Of a stretch of 44,570 nucleotides of DNA, positions 42,630-44,570 are shown piece by piece. Positions within the stretch are counted from its first letter, which is position 1. Each line of letters starts with the position of its first letter. The DNA lies in IMG/VR virus record IMGVR_UViG_3300044961_000356. The stretch is one strand, 5' to 3'. The stretch comes from a virus. Both the position numbers and the translations under genes were made by a program. The notes beneath the pieces are model-generated. The model searched no databases and was not told the origin of the DNA. It saw only the letters and a program-made list of their open reading frames with translations.

Positions 42630-43203
42630 GTTCAATGATCGCCTGTGATGCTTGGCGCTGAGCAAGACGAACCCGCGCTTGTTCTAGTCTCGAGGCAATC
42701 CCGACATTAACGTTTACATTCTGGCTAGTTTGTGGACCGTAACCAGTTCGGTCCGCGCCTAGCTTCGTAATTTCAAGCAATTGCCCAATGCTAATCGACT
42801 TTTCTTCCGACTGCATATCCTCCTCAAGTCTTGCATGAAGTTCTTCAGCCGCATCGCGAGAAAGTCCAGCCAAACGCTCATGCATATCCCTATAGACTCG
42901 ATTTGTGTTTTCACGATAGAGGGCAAGCAGTTCTTTAAACGCTGGATCAGATTTTAAAACACTAACCCGGCTAATCACGTAACCGCAAGCAAGTGCCGCG
43001 TCACCATCGCTCATGCCGGAAGCGAGGCAACGAGCTAGTGCGTGGTGTCGATCTCCGAGCCTTTTAAGCGGCGGCGGCCGACTACCTTTTTCGGCGGCAA
43101 GAAGTTCCATATCGGAAGCTTCTAATTGCCGCACTTCCGCCGCAACAATCCGGCGCCCGGCTCGTCCAACAGTCCGGAATGGTATGTCAAGGGGCTGGCT
43201 CAT
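42622..43203 (-). CDS. terS: Terminase small subunit (HTH-containing)
   Basis: HTH-like LARCLASGMSDGDAALACGYVISRVSVL. It lies immediately upstream of terL and is the first gene of the late arm. Confidence 0.6.
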   Translation of the reverse strand: MSQPLDIPFRTVGRAGRRIVAAEVRQLEASDMELLAAEKGSRPPPLKRLGDRHHALARCLASGMSDGDAALACGYVISRVSVLKSDPAFKELLALYRENTNRVYRDMHERLAGLSRDAAEELHARLEEDMQSEEKSISIGQLLEITKLGADRTGYGPQTSQNVNVNVGIASRLEQARVRLAQRQASQAIIEHD

Positions 43204-43209
43204 GCGCCA

Positions 43210-43238
43210 ACTATATCACGACCTACAGGGGTTGGCAA
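43210..43238 (-). promoter_or_regulatory. Strong sigma70-like promoter of the late arm (TTGCCA - 17 bp - TGa TATAGT), 6 nt from the terS ATG
   Basis: The minus strand reads ttgccaacccctgtaggtcgtgatatagttggcgcATG. There is no SD, and the predicted start site coincides with the A of the ATG. Confidence 0.55.
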
Positions 43239-43250
43239 TAGTGGGTATCG

Positions 43251-43258
43251 GAGCCATA
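43251..43258 (-). repeat. TATGGCTC core motif copy in the divergent promoter region
   Basis: The plus strand reads gagccata. It lies about 13 nt upstream of the -35 of the late promoter. Confidence 0.5.
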
Positions 43259-43409
43259 TAGGTGCTCAGCCACAAAATTTGGTGGGGTGTAAGTATAGGC
43301 CGGGCCCCCTCCCCTCCGCCAAAATACCCCTAGGGCCTCACGTCAATTTCGCGCATCCGTTCATGCAGCTCGGCTGAAATATGAACAAAAAATTTTTCTT
43401 TTCGATGGG

Positions 43410-43438
43410 TTGACATTGCGGGCGAGTTGTGGGAATAA
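43410..43438 (+). promoter_or_regulatory. sigma70-like promoter (TTGACA - 17 bp - TGg GAATAA)
   Basis: Consensus -35 at 43410-43415, extended -10 TG, and about 48 nt upstream of ATG 43486, which has an AGGAG SD. Confidence 0.5.
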
Positions 43439-43485
43439 AAATGCATCCGGCGCAATGGTGCGGCGGACTACATTAGGAGTCTAAT

Positions 43486-44001
43486 ATGTCGATTACCATC
43501 AACCTTCCCGCCTCGCAGACAGTCTATAAGGGACCGCGCGACAAGTCATGGGCTGCCTCGGTTACGATTGACGTGACCAAGCTTTCCGCGGATATCGTCG
43601 CCCATCTCGCGATGCATGGCCTTAAGCAAAAGCTCGCTGACGCCGCGAGCCAATACAAAACGCTCGACGAGGCTCAGGCCGCCATGGACAAGGCGGCGGA
43701 CGCTCTGCTCGCCGGGCAATGGACACACCGAACTTCGGGTGGTGCGGGTCTGACCGAACGCGACAAGGTCGCGCGCATCATCGTGGGCGAATGGTTCCGC
43801 TCCATTTTCGCCAAGAACAATCCGAAGCACGCCAAGGTCAAGGCATACAAGGAGGCGGATGCGGCGGGCCGCGCGGCAATCCTCGATGAAATCTTCGCGG
43901 ACAACGAGGACATCTTTGCGGACGAGGTGGAAGCGGAAATGGCCGCGCGCAAGGCCAAGGCTGAAAAGCTCGGCGCGGTCAAGGTCACAATCAAGGCTTG
44001 A
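43486..44001 (+). CDS. Hypothetical early protein (171 aa), Ala/Lys-rich
   Basis: ORF track; AGGAG 7 nt upstream; GC-rich. Confidence 0.65.
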   Translation: MSITINLPASQTVYKGPRDKSWAASVTIDVTKLSADIVAHLAMHGLKQKLADAASQYKTLDEAQAAMDKAADALLAGQWTHRTSGGAGLTERDKVARIIVGEWFRSIFAKNNPKHAKVKAYKEADAAGRAAILDEIFADNEDIFADEVEAEMAARKAKAEKLGAVKVTIKA

Positions 44002-44011
44002 TTGCAACACT

Positions 44012-44037
44012 GGCGGCACGGGACGACTCGTGCCGCC
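44012..44037 (+). terminator. Stem-loop (9-bp perfect stem ggcggcacg/cgtgccgcc) after the gene, no clear T-tract
   Basis: Read directly. It may be an attenuating hairpin rather than a full terminator. Confidence 0.35.
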
Positions 44038-44069
44038 TATGATGCAATCATGTATCTGGGAGTCCGGTT

Positions 44070-44225
44070 ATGTATATTGTCTGTGTTGTGCGCCAATCAT
44101 CCATTATCGCCGCTTATGGTCCATGGGCTAACAAGGACACTGCCCGCGAGTTTTGTGATTGCTACTTGAATCACGAGTCCAATGTGCAAATAGTTCCCAA
44201 TTACGGGACTATCACAAACGAATAA
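44070..44225 (+). CDS. Hypothetical protein (51 aa)
   Basis: Manual translation MYIVCVVRQSSIIAAYGPWANKDTAREFCDCYLNHESNVQIVPNYGTITNE. GGAG lies 8 nt upstream, and a strong terminator follows. Confidence 0.45.
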   Translation: MYIVCVVRQSSIIAAYGPWANKDTAREFCDCYLNHESNVQIVPNYGTITNE

Positions 44226-44252
44226 GCCCCGCGCGAGCCGCAAGCTATATCC

Positions 44253-44290
44253 CGCCCCCCGATGACCTAGCGTTATCGGGGGGCGTTTTC
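44253..44290 (+). terminator. Rho-independent terminator
   Basis: Perfect 11-bp GC-rich stem cgccccccgat / atcggggggcg, 11-nt loop, then ttttc. Confidence 0.8.
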
Positions 44291-44360
44291 ATGCCCGTAG
44301 GATTGCATCGCGCCCGCGCCATGCCGTATCCAAGCTCGATGCCGCAGCCCGTTATGCGCC

Positions 44361-44380
44361 GTCCGCCCGCGTCCGCCCGC
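44361..44380 (+). repeat. Tandem 10-bp repeat GTCCGCCCGC x2 (contains GTCCGC, the reverse complement of the GCGGAC repeats at 144-173)
   Basis: Read directly. It is flanked by GTTATGCGCC ... GTTATCGCC. Confidence 0.8.
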
Positions 44381-44436
44381 GCCCGCGCCGGTTATCGCCT
44401 CGCATGACTGGGGGGCCGTGCTTTCCGCAATCGAGG

Positions 44437-44478
44437 GATATGGTTCCGGCATGGTGTGCCACGTATGGCTCTAAACTC
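44437..44478 (+). repeat. Conserved intergenic element, plus-strand copy
   Basis: gatatggttccggcatggtgtgccacgtatggctctaaactc. The last 16 nt are identical to the reverse complement of 25512-25527. Confidence 0.85.
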
Positions 44479-44522
44479 TAGCAAGGCTATGTCCTTCCGC
44501 AGTTTTTTGCGCTTTGTTCTTT

Positions 44523-44570
44523 TCCCAGTTTTTTCCCTTTCTTCTTTTCTAAGAGTTTTTTTTTTTTTTT
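44523..44570. repeat. Terminal direct repeat, right copy (identical to 1-48)
   Basis: See the left copy. Confidence 0.9.

Noticed and set aside
44159-44407. An 82-aa TTG-initiated ORF in the terminal non-coding region
   Set aside because: It runs through the strong terminator hairpin and the GTCCGCCCGC repeats, which produces its PPP and ARARA tracts. It has no SD and overlaps the better-supported ORF at 44070-44225.
1-44570. tRNA genes, integrase/attP, and lysogeny repressor modules
   Set aside because: I recognised no cloverleaf-like segment in the few non-coding regions, and no tyrosine or serine recombinase motifs. The genome looks strictly lytic, although a scan with tRNAscan-SE or HMMs was not possible here.

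Overview
The window is one complete tailed-phage genome. It is podovirus-like, with a T7-supergroup virion module but no phage RNA polymerase. Bases 1-48 are identical to 44523-44570, so the unit length is 44,522 bp, either closed or terminally redundant. There are two divergent arms. (1) The plus-strand early and DNA-metabolism arm runs from 43486 across the terminus to 18765. It holds many small ORFs, an R67/DfrB-like SH3 protein, an IS110 Tnp-domain-only protein followed by a 4 x 36-bp repeat array, and a C5-methyltransferase-like gene broken by an in-frame TGA. It also holds a UvrD-like helicase carrying a 285-aa intein, a Cas4-like exonuclease, an AAA_24 ATPase and a DUF669-like SSB. Further along are a ParB-methyltransferase fusion, a family-A DNA polymerase split inside its exonuclease domain by two inserted genes with a UDG-like domain at its N-terminus, and a P-loop helicase-like protein. 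(2) The minus-strand late arm runs from 43203 down to 18768: terS, terL, portal, scaffold, major capsid, a decoration-like protein, tail tubular A/B-like proteins, four or five internal virion proteins (one with a lysozyme domain), tail fibres and a five-gene lysis cassette. The main non-genic signals are four sigma70-type promoters of one architecture (one makes terS leaderless) and three strong intrinsic terminators. A conserved ~40-nt intergenic element with a TATGGCTC core recurs in non-coding DNA. Inverted GCGGAC iterons bracket the terminus. Gene-precise GC-rich patches cover the holin/endolysin pair and the distal tail fibre, and a GC-poor island covers the methyltransferase. I saw no tRNA, CRISPR array, reverse transcriptase or integrase. 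All functional calls rest on motifs read by eye, with no database search.
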